Below, piece after piece: positions 28,753 to 38,370 of a DNA stretch of 64,000 nt. Where the stretch lies: contig CABRCR010000008.1 of the NCBI GenBank assembly GCA_902469435.1, positions 9,805-73,804 of the forward strand. The letters are read 5' to 3'. Under the pieces are notes generated by a model that did not search any database, was not told the DNA's origin, and worked only from the letters and a program-made list of their open reading frames with translations. Position 1 is the first letter of the stretch; the number at the start of each line of letters is the position of its first letter. This DNA comes from an uncultured Collinsella sp. (lineage in GTDB: Bacteria; Actinomycetota; Coriobacteriia; Coriobacteriales; Coriobacteriaceae). The position numbers were made by a program, and so were the translations under genes.

Positions 28753-29793
28753 ATGTCTGAGCTCAACCCCGTCCGCATTGCCGTTATCGGCGCCGGTGCC
28801 ATGGGCCGCAACCACATCCGCTTTGTCACCGAGGAGCCCGAAGCCGAGCTCGTCGCCATCGCCGACGCCTTTGAGGGCGCCCGTGCCACGGCCGAGGCCG
28901 CCGGCGTGCCGTTTTACACCGATCCCGCCCAGATGATGGACGAGGTCAAGCCCGAGGCCGTCATCATCGCCACCCCCAACGACCTGCATCTGGGCGTTGC
29001 CCGCGAGGCCGTGAAGCGCAACATCGTGCCGCTGGTCGAAAAGCCAATCTCCAACGACCTCGAGGATGCCCAGGCCTTCGCCGCCGAGGCCGAGACCGAC
29101 GGCGTGCCCGTGCTCGTGGGCCAGCACCGTCGCCACAACCCCTTCGTCAACAAGGCCAAGGAGATCATCGAGTCCGGTGAGCTGGGCAAGCTCACCGTGT
29201 CGAGTTTCCACTACATGATCTATAAGAATGACGGGTACTTTGATGTCGAGTGGCGCCGCAAAAAGGGTGCCGGCCCGATCCTGGTCAACCTGGTGCACGA
29301 CGTCGACCTGCTCCGTTACCTGCTGGGCGAGCCCGTCGCCGTCCAGGGCATGCAGTCCAGCGCCGCCCGCGGTTTTGAGACCGAGGACTCCGCTGTGGTC
29401 AACGTCCGTTTTGCCGATGGCGCGCTCGCGAGCATGACCATCTCCGATGCCACCGCCAGCCCCTGGAACTGGGAGGCCACCGCTCGCGAGGACCCGCAGT
29501 ACCGCCCCTTCGACGCCGATGCCTACTTTATTGGCGGAACCTTGGGCGCCCTTTCGCTGCCCCGCCTGCACCAGTTCTCCTACGACGGCGCCTCCAACTG
29601 GCACAAGCCGCTGCAGATGGAGATTCCGGCCGTGGACCCGGCGCTGCCGCACAAGATGCAGCTCAAGCACTTTGTGAAGGTTGTCCGCCGTGAGGTTGAG
29701 CCCGTCGTGACCCCCGCCGACAACGTCAAGACGCTCACGCTTCTCAACGCCATCAAGGAGGCCGCCGAGACCGGCCAGCTCGTCGAGCTGTAA
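28753..29793 (+). CDS. Gfo/Idh/MocA family oxidoreductase
   Basis: IGAGAMG, ATPNDLH, VEKP, GQHRR and NLVHDVD motifs. Confidence 0.92.
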   Translation: MSELNPVRIAVIGAGAMGRNHIRFVTEEPEAELVAIADAFEGARATAEAAGVPFYTDPAQMMDEVKPEAVIIATPNDLHLGVAREAVKRNIVPLVEKPISNDLEDAQAFAAEAETDGVPVLVGQHRRHNPFVNKAKEIIESGELGKLTVSSFHYMIYKNDGYFDVEWRRKKGAGPILVNLVHDVDLLRYLLGEPVAVQGMQSSAARGFETEDSAVVNVRFADGALASMTISDATASPWNWEATAREDPQYRPFDADAYFIGGTLGALSLPRLHQFSYDGASNWHKPLQMEIPAVDPALPHKMQLKHFVKVVRREVEPVVTPADNVKTLTLLNAIKEAAETGQLVEL

Positions 29794-30204
29794 TGCCTTG
29801 AGAGCGGCCGCGGCAGAAACCCCATGCCGAGTCCCTCGGTCCGCCACAAATAAGCCCCTCTTCTTTGCCCCGCGAGCAGCCTCCTGCCCGCGGGGCATTT
29901 TGCTACGTTTCCAATGATTTTCTGAGACGGGGGGCCTTTTTGCACCTCGGCTTGGTTCGTTCGCCACGAAATGGGCCTATCTACTACGTTTAACCGATCA
30001 CCCTCAACCATACCGAATTTCGCGAAATAAAAACCGCAGGTAGACGGGTTGCCGATCTTCGGAAAACAAGGGCATGGTCAGCCCCTACGGGTAAAACGTA
30101 GTAGATAGGCCGTTTTTGTGACGCGGCCCCAAAACAGTCTTTTGGGACGGGTGGTATCCTTGGTGGCTCTGTGCTGCAAATGCACCATAAACGCAAGGAG
30201 TTCC

Positions 30205-32352
30205 ATGGATCTTATCGCGCAGCTCGCCCACGAGCTCAACCTTAAGGCCGCCAACGTCGAGGCGGCCGTCAAGCTCATCGACGAGGGCAATACCATCCCC
30301 TTTATCTCGCGCTACCGTAAAGAGGCCACCGGCGGCATGGATGACGTCGCCCTGCGTGCGCTCGACGAGCGCCTGTCCTACCTGCGCAATCTTGAGCAGC
30401 GCAAAGAGGACGTCATCCTGCTCATCGACGCGCAGGGCAAGCTCACGCCCGAGCTCGAGCAGCAGATTCGCGAGGCCACGCAGCTCCAGCGCGTCGAGGA
30501 CCTCTACAAGCCCTATCGCAAAAAGCGCATGACCCGTGCGCAGAAGGCCCGCGAGGCAGGCCTGGAGCCGCTCGCCAATATGATCATCATGCAGGCTTCG
30601 GCCAAGGGCAGCGCGCTCGACGCCGCCGCGGCATACGTCAACGAACAGGCCGGCTTCGACACGCCCGAAAAGGCGCTCGCCGGTGCGGCGGACATCGTGG
30701 CCGAGACGGTGGCCGAGGACCCCGAGAACGTCGCCGACCTGCGCGCCTTTACGCAAAACACCGCCGACATCGTCGTTGAGGCCACCGACCCCGCCGAGAA
30801 GACCCCCTACGAGCCCTACTACAACTACGACGAACCCGTGCGCAAGATCCCCAACCACCGCATCCTTGCCATCGACCGCGGCGAGCGCGAGGGCAAGCTC
30901 CGCGTACGCGTCAACGTCGACGGCGCCGCCGCCACGGCACGCCTCGGTAGCCGTTGGCCCCGACGCCAGGGTGTCTTCGCCCCCGTCTTCGATGCCGCCA
31001 TCGCCGACGGCTACAAGCGCCTCATGGCGCCCTCCCTTGAGCGCGAGGCCCGTGCCAAGCTCACCGTTCGCGCCCAAACCGAGGCCATCAACGTCTTTGC
31101 CAAGAATCTCGAGGGCCTGCTCTCGGCCCGCCCCGTGCGCGGCGCCCGCGTGCTCGCGCTCGATCCGGGCTACCGCACCGGCTGCAAAGTCGCCGTCATG
31201 GACGAGACCGGCAAGCTGCTCGACCACGGCGTGGTCTATCCCACCAAGCCGCGCCACGACGTCGCCGGCACCAAGCGCGAGCTCGCCCGCCTCGTCAAGA
31301 AAGACGGCGTCAACACCATCGTCATCGGCAACGGCACCGCCAGCCGCGAGACCGAGGAAGTCGTCTCGGAGTTCATTGCCGAGCAGGCGCCCGGGCTGCG
31401 ATACACCATCGTCAACGAGGCCGGCGCATCGGTGTACTCCGCCTCCGAACTCGCGAGCCAGGAATATCCTGACCTGGACGTCACCGTACGTGGCGCCATG
31501 AGCCTGGGCCGCCGCCTGCAAGATCCGCTGGCAGAACTCGTCAAGATTCCGCCCCAGTCTATCGGCGTTGGCCAGTACCAGCACGACCTTGACCAGGCCG
31601 AGCTTTCGCGCACCCTGGGCCACGTGGTGGAGGACGTCGTCAACCGTGTGGGCGTCGACGTGAACACCGCAAGCGCAAGCCTGCTGGGATATGTATCGGG
31701 CATCACGCCGAGCGTAGCCAAAAACATCGTGGCCTACCGCGAGGAAAACGGCGCCTTTACCGATCGCCGCCAGCTTAAGAAGGTCCCCAAACTGGGACCC
31801 AAGGCATATCTCAACGCAGCCGGCTTTTTGCGCATCAGCGGCGGCAAGAACCCGCTCGACGCGACGAGCGTCCACCCCGAGAGCTACGAGGTGGCCACGG
31901 CCGTCCTGGAGCGCGCAGGCGTTAAAGCCGGCGAGCTCAGCCGCGGCGGCGTGCCCGACATTGAGCGCCGTCTGGGCAGCATCTCGGCGCTGGCAAGCGA
32001 CCTGGACTGCGGCACCCTCACGCTCATCGACATTGTCAACGAGCTCAAGAAGCCCGGCCGCGACCCGCGCGACGACGCGCCCGAGGTGGTCTTTAGCCGC
32101 TCGGCGCTTTCCATCGACGACTTGGAGCCCGGCATGGAACTCAAGGGCACGGTGCGCAACGTCGTCGACTTTGGCGCCTTCGTCGACGTGGGCGTGCACC
32201 AGGACGGCCTCGTACACATCTCCAAGCTGGCCAACCGCTTCGTCAAGCACCCGAGCGACGTGGTGCGCGTCGGCGACACGGTCAAGGTGTGGGTTGAAAA
32301 GGTCGATCGCGACCGCAAGAAGATCTCCCTCACCATGGTGCAGGGGAAGTAA
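30205..32352 (+). CDS. tex: Tex family S1-domain RNA-binding transcriptional accessory protein
   Basis: GNTIPFISRYRKE, DPGYRTGCK, GNGTASRE, IGVGQYQHD and a C-terminal S1 domain. Confidence 0.95.
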   Translation: MDLIAQLAHELNLKAANVEAAVKLIDEGNTIPFISRYRKEATGGMDDVALRALDERLSYLRNLEQRKEDVILLIDAQGKLTPELEQQIREATQLQRVEDLYKPYRKKRMTRAQKAREAGLEPLANMIIMQASAKGSALDAAAAYVNEQAGFDTPEKALAGAADIVAETVAEDPENVADLRAFTQNTADIVVEATDPAEKTPYEPYYNYDEPVRKIPNHRILAIDRGEREGKLRVRVNVDGAAATARLGSRWPRRQGVFAPVFDAAIADGYKRLMAPSLEREARAKLTVRAQTEAINVFAKNLEGLLSARPVRGARVLALDPGYRTGCKVAVMDETGKLLDHGVVYPTKPRHDVAGTKRELARLVKKDGVNTIVIGNGTASRETEEVVSEFIAEQAPGLRYTIVNEAGASVYSASELASQEYPDLDVTVRGAMSLGRRLQDPLAELVKIPPQSIGVGQYQHDLDQAELSRTLGHVVEDVVNRVGVDVNTASASLLGYVSGITPSVAKNIVAYREENGAFTDRRQLKKVPKLGPKAYLNAAGFLRISGGKNPLDATSVHPESYEVATAVLERAGVKAGELSRGGVPDIERRLGSISALASDLDCGTLTLIDIVNELKKPGRDPRDDAPEVVFSRSALSIDDLEPGMELKGTVRNVVDFGAFVDVGVHQDGLVHISKLANRFVKHPSDVVRVGDTVKVWVEKVDRDRKKISLTMVQGK

Positions 32353-32630
32353 ACCGCCAAGCAAGGGTCCCCCCTCTCGCGACGTGCAAAATCGCGAGTA
32401 TTCTGCAAATTCCACCGTTCCGGATGCCCCTCAGAGACGAAAAAGCAAGAAACAGCCCCCGTTTTAGCGTCATCAGAGCCAAAACGGGGGCTGTTCCATG
32501 CTTCACCCAGCTGGTAAAAGCCTTTACCTTGCTGAATACTCTCAATTTTGCACGGCGCAGGCGGGGGTACCTTTGTCCACGGCAGGATATGGAAGCCTAT
32601 CACCAACCTACCGGCAAGTTCGTGTCGGCA

Positions 32631-32702
32631 GCCCCGGCCTTTCCTTTGCCTAGCGCGACCCTCGCGAAGCGCGTGAGCGATAGGGAAAGGAAAGGCCGGG
32701 GC
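32631..32702. repeat. Long hairpin element between convergent tex and transaldolase genes
   Basis: GCCCCGGCCTTTCCTTTGCCTA ... TAGGGAAAGGAAAGGCCGGGGC (22-bp stem, one mismatch). Confidence 0.75.
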
Positions 32703-32732
32703 GAACAACCCGCGATGTAGCCAGCGTTCGCG

Positions 32733-33437
32733 TTACGGCAGGATATGGAAACCGAGCGAGGCGATATCCTTGGCAAAACCGCGCACGGTATCGAGCGAGA
32801 CCTCGTACGGGTCACGGCCGATGTTCTTACGCTTGGCCAGGATGCTGTTGGGCACCGTGATGATCCGGCAACCGCATCCTTCCGCCTGGTAAATATTGAT
32901 AAGCTCACGCGTGGACGCCCACAGGACCTCGCAGTTGGGCTTGGCGACGGCCTTCTTGACCGACTCCGTCATAAACGGAATGGGATCGACGCCGGTGTCG
33001 GCGATGCGGCCGGCAAAGAGCGAGATGATTGACGGCGTCTCGGCGTCAACGGCCTCGACCATCTCGTCGACCTGCGCAGGCGTAAAGATGGTGGTGACGT
33101 TGACCTTGATGCCGTCGGCCGAAAGCTTGCGGACCAGCTCGGCGGTGGACTCGCCCTTGGTAGTCACGCACGGAATCTTGACATAGACGTTCTCGGCCCA
33201 GGTAGCGATCTCGCGCGCCTCGACCTCCATGGTCTCGACGTCGTCGGCAAAGACCTCAAACGACACGGATACATCGGTGATGTGGGTCAAGACCTCTTTG
33301 GCAAACGCGCGGTAATCCGTCACGCCGCCCTTCTTCATAAGGGACGGGTTGGTCGTGAAACCCTGAACGTTGCCGTTCTCGTACATGTCGAGCATGCCCT
33401 CGAGATTTGCACCGTCAGCGAACACCTTGATTGCCAT
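32733..33437 (-). CDS. tal: Transaldolase (small FSA/Tal family), paralog 1
   Basis: GFTTNPSL, SFEV (Glu), YVKIP (Schiff-base Lys), SLFAGR (Phe), LWASTR. Confidence 0.88.
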   Translation of the reverse strand: MAIKVFADGANLEGMLDMYENGNVQGFTTNPSLMKKGGVTDYRAFAKEVLTHITDVSVSFEVFADDVETMEVEAREIATWAENVYVKIPCVTTKGESTAELVRKLSADGIKVNVTTIFTPAQVDEMVEAVDAETPSIISLFAGRIADTGVDPIPFMTESVKKAVAKPNCEVLWASTRELINIYQAEGCGCRIITVPNSILAKRKNIGRDPYEVSLDTVRGFAKDIASLGFHILP

Positions 33438-33666
33438 CTGCCTGATTCCTTTCGTTAGCATACGGCCGATAAACTGCTAAACACTTTACCTACGTTTATC
33501 AAGGCGTGAACTGCGGGTTTTTATCTTCTCGGCGAACGGTTTTGCAGTTTTACCATTTTTATATCGACACCCCAGCGGCAAAACGTTTTTGCTGATCATC
33601 GCGGTTGATTCCGTTCGCGGCGCAGAGACAGCGCTTCACTGGTACGTTTTCACAACCACTCCAAAA

Positions 33667-33703
33667 CAAAAGCGGTGACGCCTCATTTGAGACGCCACCG
33701 CTT
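33667..33703 (-). terminator. Probable terminator after the PTS IIC gene
   Basis: AAGCGGTGGCGTCTCA..TGAGGCGTCACCGCTT stem followed by TTGTTTT on the minus strand. Confidence 0.7.
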
Positions 33704-33760
33704 CCGTGTAGGAGCCGGTTATCGGAGCTCCGCCCGATTAGGGCTTAACGTATGCCTGGA

Positions 33761-35152
33761 TTACTCTTCCTCAACGTGGTTAATCACAGCACCCTTGGTG
33801 TGGATGAAGTTGGGGATGAAGGCGACGATCAGAAGGACAGCAAGAATCGCGTAGACACCGGTGGTACCGAAGGCCTCGGCAGCGCGGCCAAGCGTAATAC
33901 CAATGACGGAGAAATCGAAGTCGCCGAACGTAGTGTTCTTGAAGCCAAAGACGTCAAGAACGGGCAGGAGCAGGGCCGGGGCAAAGGTGATGAGCAGGCC
34001 GTTGACGAAAGCGCCAAGAGCTGCGCCCTTGCGACCGCCGGTAGCATTGCCGTAGATGCCTGCGGTAGCACCGCAGAAGAAGTGAGGAACCATGCCCGGG
34101 ATGATGAAGATGCCCAGGGTAGCGCCCACGATGAACATACCGACCACGCCACCGATAAAGGAAGCGACAAAGCCGAGGATGACGGCGGTGGGAGCATAGG
34201 GGAAGAAGACGGCGCAGTCGACGGCGGGGATGGCACCGGGGATCAGCTTGTTGGAGATGCCCTGGAAAGCCGGGACCAGGTCGGCAAGGATCATACGAAC
34301 GCCGTTATAGACGATGGTGACACCAACGGCGAAGGACAGGGCACAGGTCAGGGCATAGACAATCACGTTGTCGCCGCCAGCGGTCTTGGTAACGACCGCA
34401 GGATCTGCGATGTAAGCGGCGAAAGCGGTAACCAGGTAGAAGAAGGCCATGGTAAGAGCCGTGGAGATGGTGGTGTCGCGCAGGAAGGAGAACTTCTCGG
34501 GAACCTCGATCTTCTCGGTGCTGTTCTCCTCGGCGTCCTTAGCAAAAAGCGTACCGACTGCAGCGGAGATGTAATAGGCGAGTGAACCGAAGTGGCCCAT
34601 GGCGATTTCATCGCCATCGGTAACCTTCTCGGTGAAACGCTGACCAACGGCGGGGAGCATAGCACTCACGAGGCCCAGGAACATGCCACCCACGATGACA
34701 AGCTGGACATCCTGGAAGCCAGATGCCTGCAGAACGGCAGACAGCAGGCAAGCCATAAACATGCTGTGATGGCCCGTCAGGAAGATGTACTTAAACTTGG
34801 TAAAGCGGGCAATGATAATGTTCACGACATAGCCGAGAATCAGGATCATCATGGTCTGAACGCCGAGGACGCTCTGAGCCATCGAAACGACGACCTCGTT
34901 GTTGGGCACGACGCCGGTGATGTGGAAACCGGTCTCGATGAAGGTACCCAGCGGAGCAAGGTTCTCCTGAACAACAGCGGCGCCGGCGGACAGCATGATG
35001 TAACCAAGAATGGGCTTCAGGGTGCCCGTCATCACCTTGTGGGCAGGACGCTTAAGCGCGACAAGGCCCACAAAGGCAAATAGGCCCATAATCCACGCTG
35101 GCTTGGTCAGAATCGATTGGATAAACTCAAGTATGGGAAGGATGGCTTGCAT
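33761..35152 (-). CDS. ulaA: PTS ascorbate-family (UlaA/SgaT) IIC component
   Basis: VVPNNE, YIFLTGHH, AMGHFGS, VDCAVFFPYAP, PHFFCG and TTFGDFDF motifs; actual substrate unproven. Confidence 0.88.
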   Translation of the reverse strand: MQAILPILEFIQSILTKPAWIMGLFAFVGLVALKRPAHKVMTGTLKPILGYIMLSAGAAVVQENLAPLGTFIETGFHITGVVPNNEVVVSMAQSVLGVQTMMILILGYVVNIIIARFTKFKYIFLTGHHSMFMACLLSAVLQASGFQDVQLVIVGGMFLGLVSAMLPAVGQRFTEKVTDGDEIAMGHFGSLAYYISAAVGTLFAKDAEENSTEKIEVPEKFSFLRDTTISTALTMAFFYLVTAFAAYIADPAVVTKTAGGDNVIVYALTCALSFAVGVTIVYNGVRMILADLVPAFQGISNKLIPGAIPAVDCAVFFPYAPTAVILGFVASFIGGVVGMFIVGATLGIFIIPGMVPHFFCGATAGIYGNATGGRKGAALGAFVNGLLITFAPALLLPVLDVFGFKNTTFGDFDFSVIGITLGRAAEAFGTTGVYAILAVLLIVAFIPNFIHTKGAVINHVEEE

Positions 35153-35223
35153 CTGCGCTTCCTTTCTCTCTAACGTGGGCGCGTTTCCCTCTTCCACAGG
35201 GAACCGCCCTTTTTTGTGCCGCT

Positions 35224-35499
35224 TTAGGCGTTAGCGGCGGCCGCCTTGATTGCCTCGAGGGCGTCTTCGCGGATCTTCTTCTTGTTCACATAGCTGCGAA
35301 CGATCACAACGTTGCCGTGGAGCTCGGGGGCGAGTTCCTTAACGGTGATGAACAGATCCGGATTTGCGGAAGAAGCACCGTTCAGGTCCATAGACTCAAC
35401 GTCGGCCTTGATGCCCTCCTCCTCGCAAAGCTCCTCGACTTTGCCAGCGAGCATCAGGCTGGACCCGATGCCGTTTCCGCATACGGTGATGATATGCAT
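35224..35499 (-). CDS. PTS IIB component (ascorbate/lactose type)
   Basis: VCGNGIGSSLM phosphorylation loop. Confidence 0.9.
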   Translation of the reverse strand: MHIITVCGNGIGSSLMLAGKVEELCEEEGIKADVESMDLNGASSANPDLFITVKELAPELHGNVVIVRSYVNKKKIREDALEAIKAAAANA

Positions 35500-35574
35500 G
35501 GCAACCTTCCTCTCCTACACGTGACGGTTTTCCGTCTATCCAAAAGCGGCGACGCATCGCCGTGCCATTAAGGC

Positions 35575-36021
35575 CTAAAAGAATGAACGCATGGTCTCCA
35601 AAACCTGCTCGGGCGTATCGCATGCGCTGAGCTTGGCAACGCAGTCCTCGTCCTCGAACATCTGCGAAAGCTCCGCCAAGCAGCCAAGATGAGCCTTGGG
35701 GTCGGGTGCGCAAATACCCACGAGCACGTGAACCGGATCGAAATCCTCGTGTCCAAACGCAATGGCAGGGTCAAGTGTGACGATACAGATCCCCGCTTCA
35801 CTCACATTGCCATCTGCCTGAGCATGGGGCATAGCGATGCCCTCTTCCAAGACCATATAGGGGCCGAATTTGTGAACCGATGAAATCATGGCGTCAACAT
35901 AGCTCTGGTCGCATTTGCCAGCGTCTACGAGCAACTTACCGCATGCCCTGATCGCTTCCTCCCAGTCGGAGGCCTCGACGTGGCAGGCAACAAGCTCGGG
36001 CTTAAGAAGATCGGTCAGCAT
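35575..36021 (-). CDS. PTS IIA component (Ntr/mannitol/fructose type)
   Basis: DWEEAI, GPYMVL..GIAMPHA and FGH..DPV motifs. Confidence 0.9.
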   Translation of the reverse strand: MLTDLLKPELVACHVEASDWEEAIRACGKLLVDAGKCDQSYVDAMISSVHKFGPYMVLEEGIAMPHAQADGNVSEAGICIVTLDPAIAFGHEDFDPVHVLVGICAPDPKAHLGCLAELSQMFEDEDCVAKLSACDTPEQVLETMRSFF

Positions 36022-36030
36022 GCTCGTCCC

Positions 36031-36741
36031 CTACTCCTCGGGCAGGATATGAAAACCAAGCGCCTGAATGTCGCGGGCAAAGCCCTTGACCGTATCAAGC
36101 GAGTACTCAAGCAAATCTTTCCCGAAATTCTTGCGTTTGGCAAGAAGGGCATTGGGGACCGTAATGATCTGGCATCCAACGGACTCCGCCTGGAAGATAT
36201 TGAGGACCTCGCGCGTAGACGCCCAGAGAACCTCGGCAGCAGGCTTAACGGCAGCCTTCTTTACGGACTCCGCCATGAGGGGCAGCGGATCGACGCCGGT
36301 ATCGGCAATGCGACCGGCAAAGATGGACAGAATAGAGGGGGTCTCAGCAGAAACGGCATCGACAAACTCGTCGACCTGCTCGGGCGTAAAGATAGTGGTG
36401 ACATTCACCTTGATGCCGTCGGCAGAAAGGCGCTTGACCAGCGCGGCAGTGGACTCGCCCTTGGTGTTGAGCGCCGGGATCTTAACGTAGACGTTGTCTG
36501 CCCAGGTTGCGATCTCGCGAGCCTCGGCTTCCATACCCGCCTCGTCGTCGGCGAATACCTCAAAAGAGACCGACACATCAGTAATGTGCTCAAGAACCGT
36601 CTTGGCAAAAGCGCGGTAGTCGGTCACGCCGCCGGCCTTCATAAGGGAAGGATTGGTCGTGAAGCCCTGAACGTTGCCATTGTCATGCATGTCAAGCATG
36701 CCCTCGAGGTTAGCGCCGTCGGCAAACACCTTGATCGCCAT
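36031..36741 (-). CDS. tal: Transaldolase (small FSA/Tal family), paralog 2
   Basis: Same motifs as 32733-33437; first gene of the PTS operon. Confidence 0.88.
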   Translation of the reverse strand: MAIKVFADGANLEGMLDMHDNGNVQGFTTNPSLMKAGGVTDYRAFAKTVLEHITDVSVSFEVFADDEAGMEAEAREIATWADNVYVKIPALNTKGESTAALVKRLSADGIKVNVTTIFTPEQVDEFVDAVSAETPSILSIFAGRIADTGVDPLPLMAESVKKAAVKPAAEVLWASTREVLNIFQAESVGCQIITVPNALLAKRKNFGKDLLEYSLDTVKGFARDIQALGFHILPEE

Positions 36742-36769
36742 GTTCGGTCCTTTCTCATCTAACACTATT

Positions 36770-36846
36770 GCTATCGAAAGCCTTCTTCTTTGTTTCAAAA
36801 GCTTTTCGGTTTTCTTTTATAAACCATTTCAAAAGCTATCGAAAGC
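36770..36846. promoter_or_regulatory. Putative DeoR-family operator repeats
   Basis: GCTATCGAAAGC at 36770 and 36835; TTTCAAAAGCT at 36793 and 36827; flanking a TATAAA -10 (minus strand, 36821-36816). Confidence 0.6.
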
Positions 36847-37090
36847 TCAATTGTCAGCTTTCCGTGAACGGTCGAATATCGGGCGTGAACGTACTTCTTT
36901 TGGGCGGCACCTTCAGAATGAGACTCTTTATAGCCCGTTTACGTGCGAGCTATCTGCTACGCATGCATTTATGACATGCCATTCCGTTCTTTTGATTCAT
37001 TCGAATTTGCCTTGTTCTTTTCATATCGATACGTTATATTTCGATTACGAAAGGCGCATCTTTTTACCTTTTGTTCAAAAGGAGCGGCAT

Positions 37091-37882
37091 ATGGCATCTA
37101 CTTCAGACCTTTCACCGGCCGAGCGTCAGCGATTTATCATGAATTGGCTGGCCGAAAAGCCAAATATCTCGGTATCCGACATCGTTCGCCGTTTTTCGGT
37201 TTCGGAAGTCACCGCACGGCACGACCTCATCTCGCTGGAATCCGAAGGCAAGCTGCGTCGCGTACGCGGCGGAGCGGTATCGCTTTCTCGCTCCAACGCA
37301 ATCTCGTATCCCGAGGAGCGCATCAATGTCCAAGTCGAGGCCAAGGAGGCCATCGCCGCAACCGCAGCAACTCTTGTTGATGATGGCGATGTTCTGGTAA
37401 TTGATATCGGCACCACAGGCTTTTACTTCGCTAAGGCCCTCATGGACAAGCGTGAGATCACCATTATCACCGGCGATCTTGCAATCGCGAACTACGCCAG
37501 CTTCAATCTCCCCAATGCTTCGGTAGTGCTGCTGGGCGGCTCCGTGCGCAAGGGCCACCTCTATCTCGCGGGCGCACTAACGCTCGACTGCATGAGCAAA
37601 CTACATGCCGACAAGGCGTTTGTCAGTGCCGACGGATTCCACCCCGACCACGGTTTTACCGTCGAGCACGACTTCTCGGCCATGATCAAGCATATGTACC
37701 TTACCAACTCAAACCAGGGCTACATGATGGTTGACCAGGGAAAGTTCAACAAAACCAGTTTTTATCAGTCCGCGCAGATCGATGACCTCGACGGCATCAT
37801 CGTTGATGGAGACGACGAGGGCATCATGACGGCGGCGATCGAGAGCAGTCGCAGTCATCCCAAGCTCTATATTGCAAAATAG
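37091..37882 (+). CDS. DeoR/GlpR family transcriptional regulator
   Basis: FSVSEVTARHDL..LE..GKL.RVRGGA HTH, DIGTT, LLGG; divergent from the PTS operon. Confidence 0.93.
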   Translation: MASTSDLSPAERQRFIMNWLAEKPNISVSDIVRRFSVSEVTARHDLISLESEGKLRRVRGGAVSLSRSNAISYPEERINVQVEAKEAIAATAATLVDDGDVLVIDIGTTGFYFAKALMDKREITIITGDLAIANYASFNLPNASVVLLGGSVRKGHLYLAGALTLDCMSKLHADKAFVSADGFHPDHGFTVEHDFSAMIKHMYLTNSNQGYMMVDQGKFNKTSFYQSAQIDDLDGIIVDGDDEGIMTAAIESSRSHPKLYIAK

Positions 37883-37885
37883 CTC

Positions 37886-37927
37886 AAATGGCCGGGTCGC
37901 CCCCACTGCGGGCGACCCGGCCATTTA
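37886..37927. terminator. Bidirectional terminator
   Basis: AAATGGCCGGGTCGCCC-loop-GGGCGACCCGGCCATTT between convergent genes. Confidence 0.75.
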
Positions 37928-38180
37928 TTAAATCAACCCAAAATGCTGCATCGCTGTGACGGTACCGTCGTGTGCGACATCGTCGGTCACGTAGTCGGCG
38001 AGCGCCTTGACTTCGGGCATGGCGTTGCCCATGGCGACAGCCGTCTCGACAGCGGCGAGCATACCCAGATCGTTGCCGGAATCGCCAAAGCCAAAGGTGC
38101 GCGCGTTGCCGGTGCGACCTAGATACGCCAGCGCCCGCGCCAGGCCCACGCCCTTGTCGATGCCCTTGGGGCTCAACTCG
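37928..38180 (-). pseudogene. 3' remnant of a Cof-type HAD phosphatase
   Basis: Only ELSPKGIDKG...FGDSGNDLGML...VAMGNA (motifs III/IV) remain; in-frame TGA at 38200-38198; no DxDGT. Confidence 0.85.
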
Positions 38181-38370
38181 CGATTTGTTTGCTGGGCTCA
38201 CTTGGAAGAGCGGCGGTAAACGCATCTCCCGGTTAATCCGGCACCGCCGAAGCGAACCCCACACACGCCCTCCGGCAAGCGGCACGCGCCCGTCAACGCA
38301 AAGGTCCGGCGGGACGCACCTAGCATCCCGCCGGACCGCCACTCGTCCAGGAGGCCGCCGCGACGAGCCC

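Noticed and set aside
33761..36021. Complete L-ascorbate utilisation operon
   Set aside because: Only the transporter is present; ulaG, ulaD, ulaE and ulaF are absent from the window.
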